Notes: a model not told the origin generated them from the letters alone. DNA of 63,706 nucleotides, filler included, from Octopus bimaculoides (GCF_001194135.2; 5 parts of 5 records of this genome joined end to end with filler, not necessarily neighbours in it), one strand, 5' to 3'. Positions 12,080 to 25,859 are shown, counted from the whole stretch's first letter. Translations and numbers: made by a program.

Positions 12080-12092
12080 CTTTAAGATTCAT
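12080..12092 (-). CDS. Coding part of exon 1 of the PAN/apple-like gene (MNLK-G)
   Basis: ATG AAT CTT AAA G|gtga joins in frame (phase 1) to the GA ATG GAA start of exon 2; the paralogous copy at 14890 shows the full donor G|gtgagt. Confidence 0.6.
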
Positions 12093-13974
12093 GACTGTTA
12101 CAGAGTTGTTAAATAAACTTCACTTTCAGTTGAAAATCGACAAACCAGACGTGTCTCACTGGAAACAATATCTTCTGCCTTTTAATGTAACTTTTTTCTA
12201 GTTTCGATAAACAGACTTTCTTTTATTTATTCCTATTGTCTTCGTTCTGACAATTCAAGAAAAAACTTCGGTTATTTCACAGTTAATTTCTTCTTGCATT
12301 GGTTTCCAAAAGATAAGTTCATAAAACCATATCTCCAGATATTTTCCCAAACTTATAAAGATAAATGCGCAACTAGAATTTTCTTCCTTTCTAACTCTAG
12401 AAGTTGTCACCAAGTTATTTCACTTTCCTTAAACACGGTCTTAAATTCGTGGTCTTATATCATCACTTTTCTCTCTCCAAAATATTTTGCTTTCACGATT
12501 ATAAGTAGATTATCAGTTTCAATCTCAGCTTCGTTAGTTTTTCCAGTTAATGAACGCTTCTATCCATCGATCTTTGCAAATACACCTCTTGTATTTATAC
12601 GCTTGGTGAACAAAACAATTTTATGTTAAATTTGCAATATATCGATAGCTTTCAATCAGCTTATATTTTGCATTTTGCAGATGATAAATTATACTTCATG
12701 CTGTTGCATGAAGTACGATCGATAATAGCAAGTAAAGAGTTAAGGCCTTGAAGGAATAAAGGCTTGTTTAAGTTTTTATTATAGTTTCAAGTGAATATTT
12801 GATAATGTCCTCCAAGAAAGGTGTTAACGTTACAGATCCCCATTTTGATTAGGAAACAATCTTCACTGTTAATGACAGATTTCCTTCCGATCAATAAAGG
12901 TATTAATAACATATTAAGGTTGGTTCGATTCATGTTTATCTACCCTCCATGCATTACACATGTCATTAGTTAAAAGAAACAACCTCGAAAAAAAAAAAAA
13001 ATTATTNNNNNNNNNNATTAGTTAAAAGAAACAACGTCGAAAAAAAAAAAAAATTATTACAGAATTAAAAACCTAAAAATTTTTGAAATGACAGACAAAT
13101 GAAAGATGAGTTGGGGTAGTCAGCAGATTCAGAGAAACATCAGCAGATTCCCTGAAACGAGACGTCAAAACGCAGCTACCTATATCTGATCGATAGTCCC
13201 CCAAAAAGCAACCTCTGATATGAAGCTGATACACCTAAATAGGCACATCTGATTACATATAATTTCTGAACAATAACACAGCTCCAAATGTAATCAATAA
13301 CGTCATTCCATGATATCTTTCTGTCACAATCTACCATAAAACCCGAGTACCATACAAAATGGCTCAGCTTATCCTAGGAAATTTTAACTTTACCAAGACT
13401 ATATAAAGCCAAAATGAACTCAAATGAACCACAGTCCTCTGATGGCTTAGCTCCTTGAAACTTCGAAGTCACAGTCAATATTATTCTTGATAAAGAATAA
13501 TATGTTTTTCTATATTGAGAAATCCTTCATTTTAATATAAAGTGGCTTTTATTATAACTTAACATGAAAACAGACATTAATTAATGTGTGTGCATGCGCG
13601 CGCGTGTGTGAATATGTGCGTGCATAGTTAGATAGAAATAGTTTATACACACACACACACACACAAGTAAATAACTACATATATATGTGCATATGTATGT
13701 TTGCATATATATATATATATATATATGTATGCATGCACACACACACACACATACATATATACATGCATACACACACACGTATACATATACGTACATGTAT
13801 AAATATGTAAGTATGCGTCTGTCTTGTTTTTATTGATGGAAAAATATGGCTATTTAAGCGCGTAAAATATTTACACTCCAACAACTTTTGAGAGAATAGA
13901 AATCAATCGATATTGATAATCTATTGATTAGCTTCTAATTCGCTTTTCACAAACAGCAGCTGGCTGAATCAATA

Positions 13975-14110
13975 CCGCACCGGGAAAAAAAATACTTAGC
14001 ATTTCCTTTCGTCTTTACATTCCGAGCTCAAATGCTGCCGAGGTCGACTTCGCCTTCCATCCTTTCAGGGCCGATAAAATAAGCACCAGATGAACGCTGG
14101 GGCCGAAATT
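13975..14110 (+). mobile_element. SINE family B, partial
   Basis: ccgagctcaaatgctgccgaggtcgacttcgccttccatcctttcagggccgataaaataagcacc. Confidence 0.7.
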
Positions 14111-14556
14111 TTCCATCTTTCTATCAAAATTCAAAACCAACATTTCCATTTTTTTTCCCTCAAAATTAATTAACAAGTTTCTGTCTTGACGTTTAAAAGA
14201 ACAAGCGGATATTTCAGGCTTGAACTTGTTACTTCTCTTAAATCAATAAGCATTTCCACCCCCAACGCCACCCACCACCCCACCCAATTTTAATATTCAT
14301 TTTACTTGGGACTTTATTAATGGCGTGTCAGATTTATCATTTCTTCTTCCATGTCGTGTCAGATTTATCACTTTTTGATCAATAAACCGCTAATGCTTAT
14401 ATATGCAGACGTACATATTTGCGTGTGTGTGTTTGGGTGTACATCAAAGGATTAATTAAAAGTCTTTTCGGACTTGTAGGCTCATAAGGCCTGTTTCCTG
14501 GATTTTATTGTCTATATATTTCTCCACTCCCTCTAATCTATCTATCTATCTATCTA

Positions 14557-14597
<41 letters not shown>

Positions 14598-14606
14598 GTT
14601 ACCTAC

Positions 14607-14640
<34 letters not shown>

Positions 14641-14889
14641 GTATATATGTGTGTATATATATACATATATATGTATATCGAACCCACAAGAATTAACAAG
14701 TGAAACAGAGACAGGCAGAAACAAGAAAAATAGGAATAAATAAAAGAATAGAAATAAAAGAAAACCTGTTTATCGAAACTAGGAAAAAAGTGACATTAAA
14801 AGGCAGAAGCTATTGTTTCCAGTGAGACACGTCTGCTTATTCGTTTTTGCAACTGAAAGTGAAGTTTATTTAACAATTCTGTAACAGTC

Positions 14890-14902
14890 ATGAATCTTAA
14901 AG
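14890..14902 (+). CDS. Paralogous exon 1 (MNLK-G) of an oppositely oriented gene copy; downstream exons not seen
   Basis: About 14730-14906 is a diverged inverted copy of about 12076-12240, retaining the ATG and donor gtgagt. Confidence 0.4.
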
Positions 14903-15461
14903 GTGAGTGAATTAATGATATTAGGAATGAAAAGAGAGATAATTACTGAAATTGCTTTATAATTCTATAATATAAAATACTGTGGTTAACTTGTGCTTTC
15001 ATTACAATAGGTTTACTATTATTATTTCCCATTTCCAAAGGGGATGGAAAGGGCGGAGTTTGATTTGTAAAAACTTTAGATCCACTAATAAAATGTCTAA
15101 TATTTAGCTTCGTACATGTACATTCTGATTCCGAATCCTGCCATTGTAGAGTTTGCCGTTCGTCTATCTCGTATGTTCCTTATATTTATAAAAGTTTATT
15201 TAACAATTCTGTAACAGTCATGAATCTTAAAGGTGAGTGAATTAATGATTATTAGGAATGAAAAGAGAGATAATTACTGAAATTGCTTTATAATTCTATA
15301 ATATAAAATACTGTGGTTAACTTGTGCTTTCATTACAATAGGTTTACTATTATTATTTCCCNNNNNNNNNNNNNNNNNNNNNNNNNNNNNNNNNNNNNNN
15401 NNNNNTTAATTAATTAANNNNNNNNNNNNNNNNNNNNNNNNNNNNNNNNNNNNNNNNNNNN

Positions 15462-15514
<53 letters not shown>

Positions 15515-15625
15515 TATATACATATATATATATACATAAATATATACACATATATATATATATACATCCATATATACATATATATATACATACATATAAA
15601 TATATACATACATATATACATATAA

Positions 15626-15790
15626 GGACCACTGATGAGGTCACAGAAATGTGACGAAAGAACTCTGGCCGAAATATGATTAATGTAATGTAATGTAATA
15701 TAAAGCTGAAGCAAATTAACACCAGTTAATACAGTGCGTGTGTTTTTATTGACTAAACTGGCAACATGACCATCCCCAAATACAACAATA
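15626..15790 (+). mobile_element. Penelope-like pseudo-LTR fragment carrying a minimal hammerhead motif
   Basis: cca-CTGATGA-g-GTCAC agaaat GTGAC-GAAA-gaaCTC-tgg; related to both arms at 31201-31546. Confidence 0.55.
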
Positions 15791-15882
15791 TATATATATA
15801 TATATATATACATATATACATATATATATATACATATATACATATATATATATAAGATTCAAATAATTACAGAGGTATCAAG

Positions 15883-16128
15883 TTGTTGGATCAGGTAATG
15901 AAGGTCACGGAGAGGGTCATAGCCCAACTAATTAGGGAGAGAGTCAGTTTAGACGACATGCAGTTTGGGTTCATGCTAGGGAAAAGCACCACTGATGCTA
16001 TATTTCTGGTAAGACAGCAGCAGGAGAAATACCTAGCCGAAGATAAACCTCTGTACCTGGCTTTCAATGACATGGAGACAGCCTTTGACAGGGTCCTCCG
16101 ATCCGTTATTTGGTGGTTATCAGAAAAC
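15883..16128 (+). mobile_element. RTE-clade LINE reverse transcriptase fragment
   Basis: QFGFMLGKSTTDAIFLVRQQQEKY...PLYLAFNDMETAFDRV matches the RTE RT motif QFGF..G.STTDAIF..RQL.EK....AF.D.EKAFD.V. Confidence 0.9.
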
Positions 16129-16164
16129 TAGAATACACACATATATACATACACACATATATAT

Positions 16165-16207
<43 letters not shown>

Positions 16208-19026
16208 CATACAACACTAAATAAATAATATTAAGCTGTTATTTTTTAAATATAGTGCTTAGTTCAATAACCCATTGAATTGTTGTGGTCCCTACATGTT
16301 GGGACAACACAAATGAGTGGTTTCCTTTTCTCTCCTTACTTATGTCTATGGGAAAATTTGAAGTGGACTCTGAGATGTAAAGACGTATACATCAATTATT
16401 TAACGCTTTTTATCAATACTTTTTTTATTGTCCAAATCAAATGTGACATTAATCAAACTGTTCAACTTTTCTGTTCAGGCTTACAACCAGTAATGGACTA
16501 ATACATACTTCTGGTTGAATGCCTTCATTTTATGTAGACATATGTAGCAATCAATGCGTGTTTATTGGAGTGTTTTTAATGATAAAGTTAGAGCTTTATA
16601 AATAAATGAGTCTGACACTACTTTATTTGAAAATTCTTGAACTATTTAATTCAAATATTAGATTTGATTTGTAAAATGGTAAATAAGTTTCAGTTTTTGC
16701 CATGTTTAATAGTTTATTACTGAGGTCAGAACGGGGGGATCATTTTCCAATTTTTAGCTCTAGAGAAATTATCAAGTGCATAAAACTGTAGAGGTTCATC
16801 TAGGCTGAGAAAGATAATGCATCTTTAATTTTATGAATTCCTGGGGATGTAATTGATGCTACATTATTGTTTGGTCTAAAAGCTTAAACTGTTCTCTTCG
16901 TATGGTGTTTTAGAGATTTCATTAGGAAGTAGTTTCAAATTTGAATATGGGTGAAAATCTCACCCCTCATTCCAGGCAAAGGGTATCTCAGTTGTCATCT
17001 AAAGAATCTAGTAACTATATAGTTGTATGCTGACATTGACATGCTGTCTATATATAAAACGATTCATTTCTTTACAGTGTGTATTTTAACTTCACATATT
17101 TGTTTATACATTTTCATACAAATTGTGGTAAACATAGAAATGGAAAAGGAAAAAGTATTATCAAAGGCAGTCTTCAAGCATAGCCAGTTAATTCACTTAA
17201 TGCAGCTAATACCATTAGTAAAAATTTAAACATTACAAATTCACTGTTGTCCCACTCTTAAACATATAAAGGCTTCATTTATTCTCACAACAAAAACAAT
17301 AACTCATAGTAGAGCAGTAATGGTGGACTAAAAAAAGTTGGTTAAATTAATTTTTGTTCAATGAAGATAGACTTTAACCTTAATATTTCCTTTGTGGACT
17401 CTCATGTCATAATGACTTTAAATTTGTAAATATTTATGTTAGTAAATGCTGTTTTCTTTTAACTATAATTATAACATAGTATATGCTTTCTTGTCAGTGT
17501 TAGTTGTTATATTAAAATTTTCTTTGAGTGCACTACTACTTAATGCTGGTACTATATATATTGCTAACAGAATCCTTTCCATAAAATATTGAACTTAGCT
17601 CAAATGTGTTTGTATCATTCCTTTATCTCTTATTGCTGTTGAAAGATGACTAAATGCTTTCTGTAATATTAACAATTTTTTATCAAAGCCTTAAATTTGG
17701 AAAAGGTGGGGTTATAAACAATTTTATCCATCCAGTACCTGGCTGGTGATTTTTTAAATTGATCCCTGAAAGATGAAATCCATGGTCTTGTCTCATATGT
17801 ATTATAACCTTATTCTTATCAACCATGTGTTATGAAATTCAACTCCAGTCCACAAAAAATTGCGAGTATTGAAGTCATGATGACAATGCTTTCAGAGGGA
17901 GAGAGAGATGAAATAAGAGATGTACTCTTGATGTAATTGAAGATCTATTGGTGGTTTCGGTTGTACAGACAACTATAAAGATAGTGGAGGACTGGCAATG
18001 AGATAGTTCTGCCAGACTAACTAGAAGTGTTTATTACTGATTTTCCAGTGAGGGAATACTTCTATATAGGTGCAAACATTATCTTTAACAAAACAAATTG
18101 AAATTTACAGCACAGCTCAGACAACTTAAACTTCATTAATTATAGACAGTTGAAATGACCATTGTAATGTTAGTTAATTATTGTAAGTTCTGTTCTCTGT
18201 GACCTAACTGGTTTACTTTTTTTTTAAATTTCTGAATTAGAAGATCATAGAAACTGAGATTTACTTCATTTTATATTATTAGGCTTTTGTTTTATGATAT
18301 TCAGTAGTTAAATGTTGAATTCATAGCCCATGTGTCAGAGATTTAATTTTGGACCTAACACCAGCAATAAGTGTTACTTGAAATATTCTTAGTGGAAAAC
18401 AGGAATCAGCCCCACTGGCCATAATTACAGTAATCTGAAAAAAAAAAAATTTAATTATGGAGTGTAACGTTGTTCAGAAGCACACAAATAGTTCCTTATG
18501 TGAGTATTATTTGTATGCATTTATGTGTAATGTTTTTCTTTTTCACTGCAGTAACAGTAAGCAACATAGCATGAAAACACACTTCAAGCACTGATATTTC
18601 GATAGGGCTGAGGCTACATTAAACATGCTAACATATATACAGTTACAAGGTCACTGTGTCAAAGTACATTCTGTTTTTCATACTATTAAAACTCTGCATT
18701 ACATTATGTTAAATTGTCATTGAAATAAAATCGCTGCTTAAAATTTAGTTTTAATTCCTATTGTTATTTAATATAAAGGTTAGAGAGTGAAAATATACAT
18801 TTCAAATTATTTGTAGAGTTTGGTTGAGATTTATATATATGATATTGAGATAGATTTTTGATAGGAACATAGCTGTGAGACAATTTCAATTACCAGTTAG
18901 CTTCATTGAGGTTCATAATACTTTCAAAACATACACACACATATATCAAATCATGTATTCAAGAACTTTACATCTCCAATTCATTATGTTGTAACTAGTC
19001 TTTATTTCGTGTAACATATATTCCAG

Positions 19027-19152
19027 TTTGAATTTCACAATTGGACTGGTTTCTTGTTACCGAGTGATCTTTATCGTTTCTCAGTTGAGTCTCAGGAGAG
19101 ACAGCTTGTGAAGAGGAAGAAAACAAAAAGCAGTGATAGAAAGAAAAATTAG
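19027..19152 (+). CDS. Candidate terminal exon of an unidentified gene
   Basis: ttccag|TTT...TAG encodes FEFHNWTGFLLPSDLYRFSVESQERQLVKRKKTKSSDRKKN*. Protein-like composition in otherwise non-repetitive AT-rich DNA; not recognised. Confidence 0.3.
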   Translation, partial: FEFHNWTGFLLPSDLYRFSVESQERQLVKRKKTKSSDRKKN

Positions 19153-19982
19153 TTCTGCTATTTACTGTTTACATGGGCCATTGAAAGTTGAAAGTACATA
19201 CAATGGACAGTGCAACTGTGATGATACAATATTAGCAGTTAGTTCTTTGAACTGTATACTAGCGACACTTTATTCTTATCCCCACATATTTACTAACAAA
19301 CAAGAAGCTTATTTTTGTAAGGGAGTCTGCAGAGGCCAAATCCAGAGATTAGGGCTGCTGGGAGATGAGAGTAACTTTGTGTTTTACTAAAAGTCACAGA
19401 TAATGAGTGAAGCATGTGTTGAGGTGTGGCATCCAATATATATATATATANNNNNNNNNNNNNNNNNNNNNNNNNNNNNNNNNNNNNNNNNNNNNNNNNN
19501 NNNNNNNNNNNNNNNNNNNNNNNNNNNNNNNNNNNNNNNNNNNNNNNNNNNNNNNNNNNNNNNNNNNNNNNNNNNNNNNNNNNNNNNNNNNNNNNNNNNN
19601 NNNNNNNNNNNNNNNNNNNNNNNNNNNNNNNNNNNNNNNNNNNNNNNNNNNNNNNNNNNNNNNNNNNNNNNNNNNNNNNNNNNNNNNNNNNNNNNNNNNN
19701 NNNNNNNNNNNNNNNNNNNNNNNNNNNNNNNNNNNNNNNNNNNNNNNNNNNNNNNNNNNNNNNNNNNNNNNNNNNNNNNNNNNNNNNNNNNNNNNNNNNN
19801 NNNNNNNNNNNNNNNNNNNNNNNNNNNNNNNNNNNNNNNNNNNNNNNNNNNNNNNNNNNNNNNNNNNNNNNNNNNNNNNNNNNNNNNNNNNNNNNNNNNN
19901 NNNNNNNNNNNNNNNNNNNNNNNNNNNNNNNNNNNNAAACGACAATGATGATGATGATATAATATATATATAATATATATAT

Positions 19983-20021
<39 letters not shown>

Positions 20022-21879
20022 TATAATATATATATATAATATATATATATATAATATATATATGATATATATATATATATATATAATATATATATATATG
20101 ATATATATACAATATATATATATAATTATATATATATATATAATATATATATATAATTATATCCCAAACATCAAAGAATAAATCAACAGAGCATTAGCAT
20201 TTGCTATCACAAAGATGTAGGAAATGCTGGTTGTTATTTGAATGTAATAAAAATGCTTGCTAATATCTAAATTTTATTGTTTATATATGTTTCATGTAGA
20301 AAGTTTTAAGATAACATAATTGAAAACCACTAGAGCTACTTGTTTTTCTTGACAGAAAATAGAAAATATAACAGAAATGTATAAGTGTTTGTGAATGAAA
20401 CCACAGATTTATCAGATGAAATGATGTGTGAATCTACATCAATCATGATTTCCCCTAACACCACAATACTATAACACCCACAACCACATAGCAGTCACCA
20501 CACCACAACATCCGCAACACAAACCACACCATTACACAAACCATACCACAATAGTAACCAGACTAAACACCCACTGCAACATTACAACACTACAACATCC
20601 ACCACAACTACAACAATAATAGTAAAAATGTTAAAAATAGGGCTGTACATTGCTAACAGGATGTAAACCTATATGAAGGAGGGGAGGACCTCTTTGAGAG
20701 GAATAAACAAAAATATTTACTTTCAGTCCACAAGTGAGACATGTGATTATATTTCGCACTGGCAAAACACATGTTGTTTACCACTAGCCTTAAATCATCA
20801 CATAGGATGGAGGAAAATTAATACCTATTTATAATGATGAAAATAAGCATAGTTCACCTTTAAAATGAAATAATAAGTTTACATGTGTTTTCTTATAGTT
20901 TTTTTTTTATCTGAAATACATTCTATATCCTGTAGTTTCTTTTTAGCCATTGAGATTGCTTAATTTCTACAATCCTGAGACTGCAACAAAATGCCAGTTT
21001 TTCATCAAAACATTGGTAATAAAATAATTGACATAACTTTTTCTGAATATATATACAAATGACAATAAAGTGGGCAGATACTCATATATATTGATTCAGG
21101 AATAATTGTCTTTAATATAGTTCAAATATACTGCTTTAAAATATGACATTTATACTAATAGAGTTCTCTAAACAGCTTTGCAAAGGATTCATTGTTCTGT
21201 AGTTTACTGTTCACTTTGGGAATTTATTACCATTTGTGAGAAACACTGTCTTATTGTATTAGTTGTTGTTGCTGTTAGCATTAGGTCAACTCATATTCAG
21301 GTAGACCTATAATCAAAAATATTCCAGTTGTGACCATCTAGTCTTTTTGATGGTATGCTTTGGACTATATAATTCAATTTGACTTTTCCTTAAAATGACA
21401 TGCAGCTTGAGTGAGTGGTTGCTATTTCTAACAGTTCAAGTAACCACATATAATTTCTATAAGCATATTGTATTAGTGACCACAAAGGGATTAGAGGCAT
21501 TGTACTTTGTAATGAAATATTCACTGAAAACATTAGAAAATATGAAATGCTACAGCTCAATGATCCAAGTTCTAGACTTATAAAAGACTTATTAAAATGT
21601 GTTGCATTACACATGTGAAGTAACTTACCCTGGAGNNNNNNNNNNGGGGGGGGGGGGGGAGACTGTCTGCTTCAGGCAGTGCTTTTATTGAGACTGCATT
21701 TTTGGGTCAGCTGCATTTTGGGGTCAGCTGTATAAACGTATATAAGCTTGTATAAGCCATGCTAGGATGGAAAACTCAAGGGCTACCCTGGGCAGCACAC
21801 GCATCCTAGCATGCTACTGCATATGTTTCTGTACTATAGTTACTCCACATTACTCTGTAAGGAGCACTGGGCCATTACC

Positions 21880-22045
21880 ATTTCATGCCATTGGATGTGA
21901 TCTTGGGCTACCTCATTGATTTCAAGAGAGCAATTGCTTTCACTTCATCCTCTATGCATCCTTTCCACGTCTTCTCAGGTCGTCCAACCTTCCTCTTTCC
22001 TTCAGGTTGCCAGTCTAACACTTGCCTTGCAATGCTTGTTTGGAG
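21880..22045 (-). mobile_element. RTE LINE C-terminal fragment
   Basis: IARQVLDWQPEGKRKVGRPEKTWKGCIEDE matches the RTE C-terminal W.P.GKR..GRP..TW motif. Confidence 0.8.
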
Positions 22046-24911
22046 GTCTCCTTAGAGTATAAGTGATCCATTTCCTTTTTAGAATTTCTTTTATTTCTGT
22101 ACAATACTATCTGTTTATTTCTAGCAGTTTTATGTTCCCTTCAGTACTTCAATTGAGGAACTATGCTTGAGTCTAGTGAGGAACCACAAAATATCAAAAC
22201 TGGTGTATTATTGTCAGCCAAATCAATTTGTTGAGAATATTTGGATGCATAACCCCAATATTATTATTCTACAGAAACAGAGAATATATTTCATACATAA
22301 AATCATTATATATATTTTCACATATTGGAAATTTCTATCAAGGTGAGTTTTAAAATGCCTCACATACAGGGGAAATTCTTCACACTCATTTGTTATATCA
22401 GTTTCTAACATAGGCACAATGCCACACATTTTTGGAATAGGAAATAGTTGATTTTATTGACCTTAGCTTACTTGATTATACAAATTTTATTCTTTCCCCG
22501 CAAAATTTAAAGTATTAAAGGGTTAGCCAACTCTGGTGGGATTTGAACTCAGAATGTAAACTGATACCACAATCTACTGAGAAAAAAAATTGTAATATTA
22601 ATGTTGATTTCCACTCTATTATGTTTGTTAAAGCTGTTTAATGACCAAAGTCACTTCTAAAAATATGAAAGATGTGAAAAGTATCACTTCCTTGAATCTC
22701 ACAGAGAATTGCCATGATTGATATTTTTGCTGCTCCTAGCTAAAAATATACCCAAAACTTATAAAAGCAGCAGTATCAAAAATACTGCTACTTTATAAGG
22801 TTTAGTAACCAAAGACATCAATAACATGGTAAGATCATCAGTAAGAACTACAAAATCTGAAATCTTGTAACTGGTATGCTTTTGTAAAACTGGTTGAATC
22901 AAAACCAAACTTCAATCAATGGGGATTAGTAATATAAAAGATCTTGTCTTGTTTCAAACTATCCACAACCCTGACCTCCTCATAAAGCCAGTAACATAAA
23001 AGAACATAAAAGATGTTGATGAGTTGATGAAGGAAGTATCAGCATCTTTTTAAGCCACATTAAAAGTATACCCAAGTGACAGAATTCACTGCCAAGTATT
23101 CTTTGAAATAGTACAAAATAGAAATCTTCAACATCCTTCAAAATCCATCAATGAAAGATAGAACAGAACAATCGTATCTGAGAGATCTTATGTTAAATTC
23201 AAATAGTTTTCATTTCTCTTCTGAGTTCTTATCTTTCATTACTCTTCGTTGGAGTACCCCTCCTCCTCCTAATCACCATTAACAACAACAACAGCAATGA
23301 CAACACCATTGATGCATCTCAGATAGACATTTTTCATCATAAAAATAAATTTCATCATCATCATTTAACATCTGTTTTCCATGCTGGCATGGGTTATATA
23401 TATATATAAAAGCAAAAGATTACATGTAAGAAGGTTGTCATGAAAGTTACAGCTAAAATCCCAGTGGAAATTGATCCTACCAAAACTTTCTACTGATACA
23501 TTTCATTTATACTGTTAATCTTATGATTTCTCCATTTGCCGTCACCTATAAATAAATCTTTACCAAAGTCAGGAATTGGTTTATTGGATTTTTATTGAAA
23601 TTTGATAAATAAAATCAAACAAATTTCATTTCTCATGCGTCATGCCAATAACAATGCTTAGCTAGTTTTTATTTTTTCATGACTTATAGTTAAATCTCTA
23701 AAATTTGTTGGTAAATCTTACCTTGTGAAAATTTGGTCTAAAAGTAGTGAATTTATGCCTGGTACTTCAATCATCATATACATCAAAAAATTGCTTAGAA
23801 TGTTGATGAGGTAGCATGAGTTTGATATAGTAATGTGAGACAGAATTTAAATCAATCATAGTAAGATCAGCTAGCACACTTCATGGAAGTGTTTCTTATA
23901 GAAGCCAATATATTGTGGGGTTTCTTGTAGTTTTGGTGGTGAAAATGTCTGTATTTCACTAACTATGGAAACTAATTCTTGCTGCTTAGAGAAGTAAGGT
24001 ATATGAGATCCTTTGGTGACTACAGTTAGAGGATTGATAGTTAACATTTCATTATCTCCGTTAACTGTATGCCACAGAACAACAGTAATCAATAAGTTAA
24101 ATATATACACATACATATACATTTGTGTGTATGTGTGAGTATATATATTTGCTATGTGAATGTATGTATGCCAGACCATACATGTGTTTATGCTTACATC
24201 TTTGTGGATGTGTGTATGAGCAAGTGTGCATGCACCATACAATCTATGTGAGGGAGTTTATACATCCATATCCATAAACAATTATATTTAATACTTTTTT
24301 CACTGCATTGTGTGTTCGTTTCTTTTTTGCATCTGTTACTTTTTATTATTGGTTTTCTATATAAATGAAGCTATCTTCTTTAATTTGCTGCTTTTCTTTA
24401 CATGAACTAAGAGGATACCTTGTAGAACTGTTATTTTAATGAGTTATATCTATTTATCACTTGAAAAGACACATCTGCACCATCAGATGCCCCTGAACCA
24501 GTTGTTAAGTATCTCACCCATGAAAGTCCAATGCTAGATGGGTCGAAACAGTTGTAGTGATTAATAGAAATTATTGTATCTTCCATCTGTTTCTTTCATT
24601 AACCAAATATATATATATATATACAAGCACACATATTGAAAAAGTTAAAAGGCTTCCCAGGAGTAAATTTGTACTAAAAACAAAAAAAAAATGCTTTAAG
24701 AACTTTATCATGAATAAAAAAGAGAAAATAGCCCCATTTATCAAAATATGCTACTGGTTTCAATTGTTTGAAGTCATTTTAGTCATGCTGTAAGGGAAGG
24801 GAAAATAAACTGAAATAAATTAATCTTTCATCATATCAGTTTTAGAAGTTCAAATGTTTTTCTTACAAAATTCATGTAGTGCTCATCTGCATCTGATGGT
24901 TGCTTGGTTGT

Positions 24912-25130
24912 AATTCTTTTATTCTTTTACTCTTTTACTTGTTTGAGTCATTTGACTGTGGCCATGCTGGAACACTGCCTTTCATCAAAGAAATCAACTC
25001 CAGGACTTATTCTTTGTAAGCCTAGTACTTATTCCATCAGTCTCTTTTGCCAAACCACTAAGTTTTGGGAATGTAAATACACCAACATTGGTTGTCAAGT
25101 GATGGGGGGGGGGACAAATACAAGCGCAAC
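24912..25130 (-). mobile_element. SINE family A, 3' half
   Basis: ttacttgtttgagtcatttgactgtggccatgctgga is the reverse complement of the family A tail. Confidence 0.8.
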
Positions 25131-25561
25131 ACACATATATAATATGTGTTTCTTTGTTGTAGTTTAATTTTAAAGTTAATGTTTAATCCTGCCTATATTT
25201 AGATTGAAGGAATGTGGTTATGAAGCGTTCACTTTTATTTTATACTATGGAAGACTGTAGGGAATATTTTTTTGGTTGCTGTTTAGTTACATATTTAGGA
25301 GTTGGTTATAGATTTACTTATTGAATTTATTTACCAATATGGTTGTACATAGGGTAAATGTGTTTGAAAGTTGTGGTTTCTTTGAAATGTTTGTTCCCAA
25401 GAAACACTTATTTTAGTGCTGTTGACACCACCAGATTGAATGGTACTGCCCAGGTGTCAAAACCATAATGATATCCATGGGGCAGCTGATGATGGAGGTA
25501 TGTTGGATTGTTGGTATGGCTGTTTTTTGTATATGTGGAATAGTATTATAACACATCCTTT

Positions 25562-25609
<48 letters not shown>

Positions 25610-25859
25610 TAATTATTATTATTATCATCATCATCATCAGTTTTAACAGCCACTAAAGAAATGTGAGTGATATGAAACAGGTCTGGTCAAGGGGACTATT
25701 GCCATACAGCACCCACTGCACACGAAACCTTGCCAAAATCAGACTGGAACCTGGTATATCCCCTCCGCTTACCAGTTTTCAATTAAACCATTCAACCCAT
25801 ACCAGCATGGAAAGCAGACATTGAATGATGATGATGATGATATACACACATATATGTGA

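Noticed and set aside
12964-13058. Direct repeat across a 10-N gap
   Set aside because: Unmerged contig overlap.
15192-15361. Near-identical direct duplicate of 14863-15030 (third MNLK-G copy)
   Set aside because: Differs by about one base and ends exactly at a scaffold join; probably a contig-end or haplotype artefact, though a real tandem duplication is not excluded.
15406-15417. Exact TTAATTAATTAA island between two 44-N runs, repeated at 31054-31065, 50345-50356 and 62096-62107
   Set aside because: Identical 44+12+44 layout with stops in all six frames marks an artificial scaffold linker, not biology; distances across these joins are unreliable.
19133-19390. 85-aa Cys-containing ORF
   Set aside because: Non-ATG start, no recognisable motif, and it overlaps the putative 3' UTR of the 19027 exon; likely chance.
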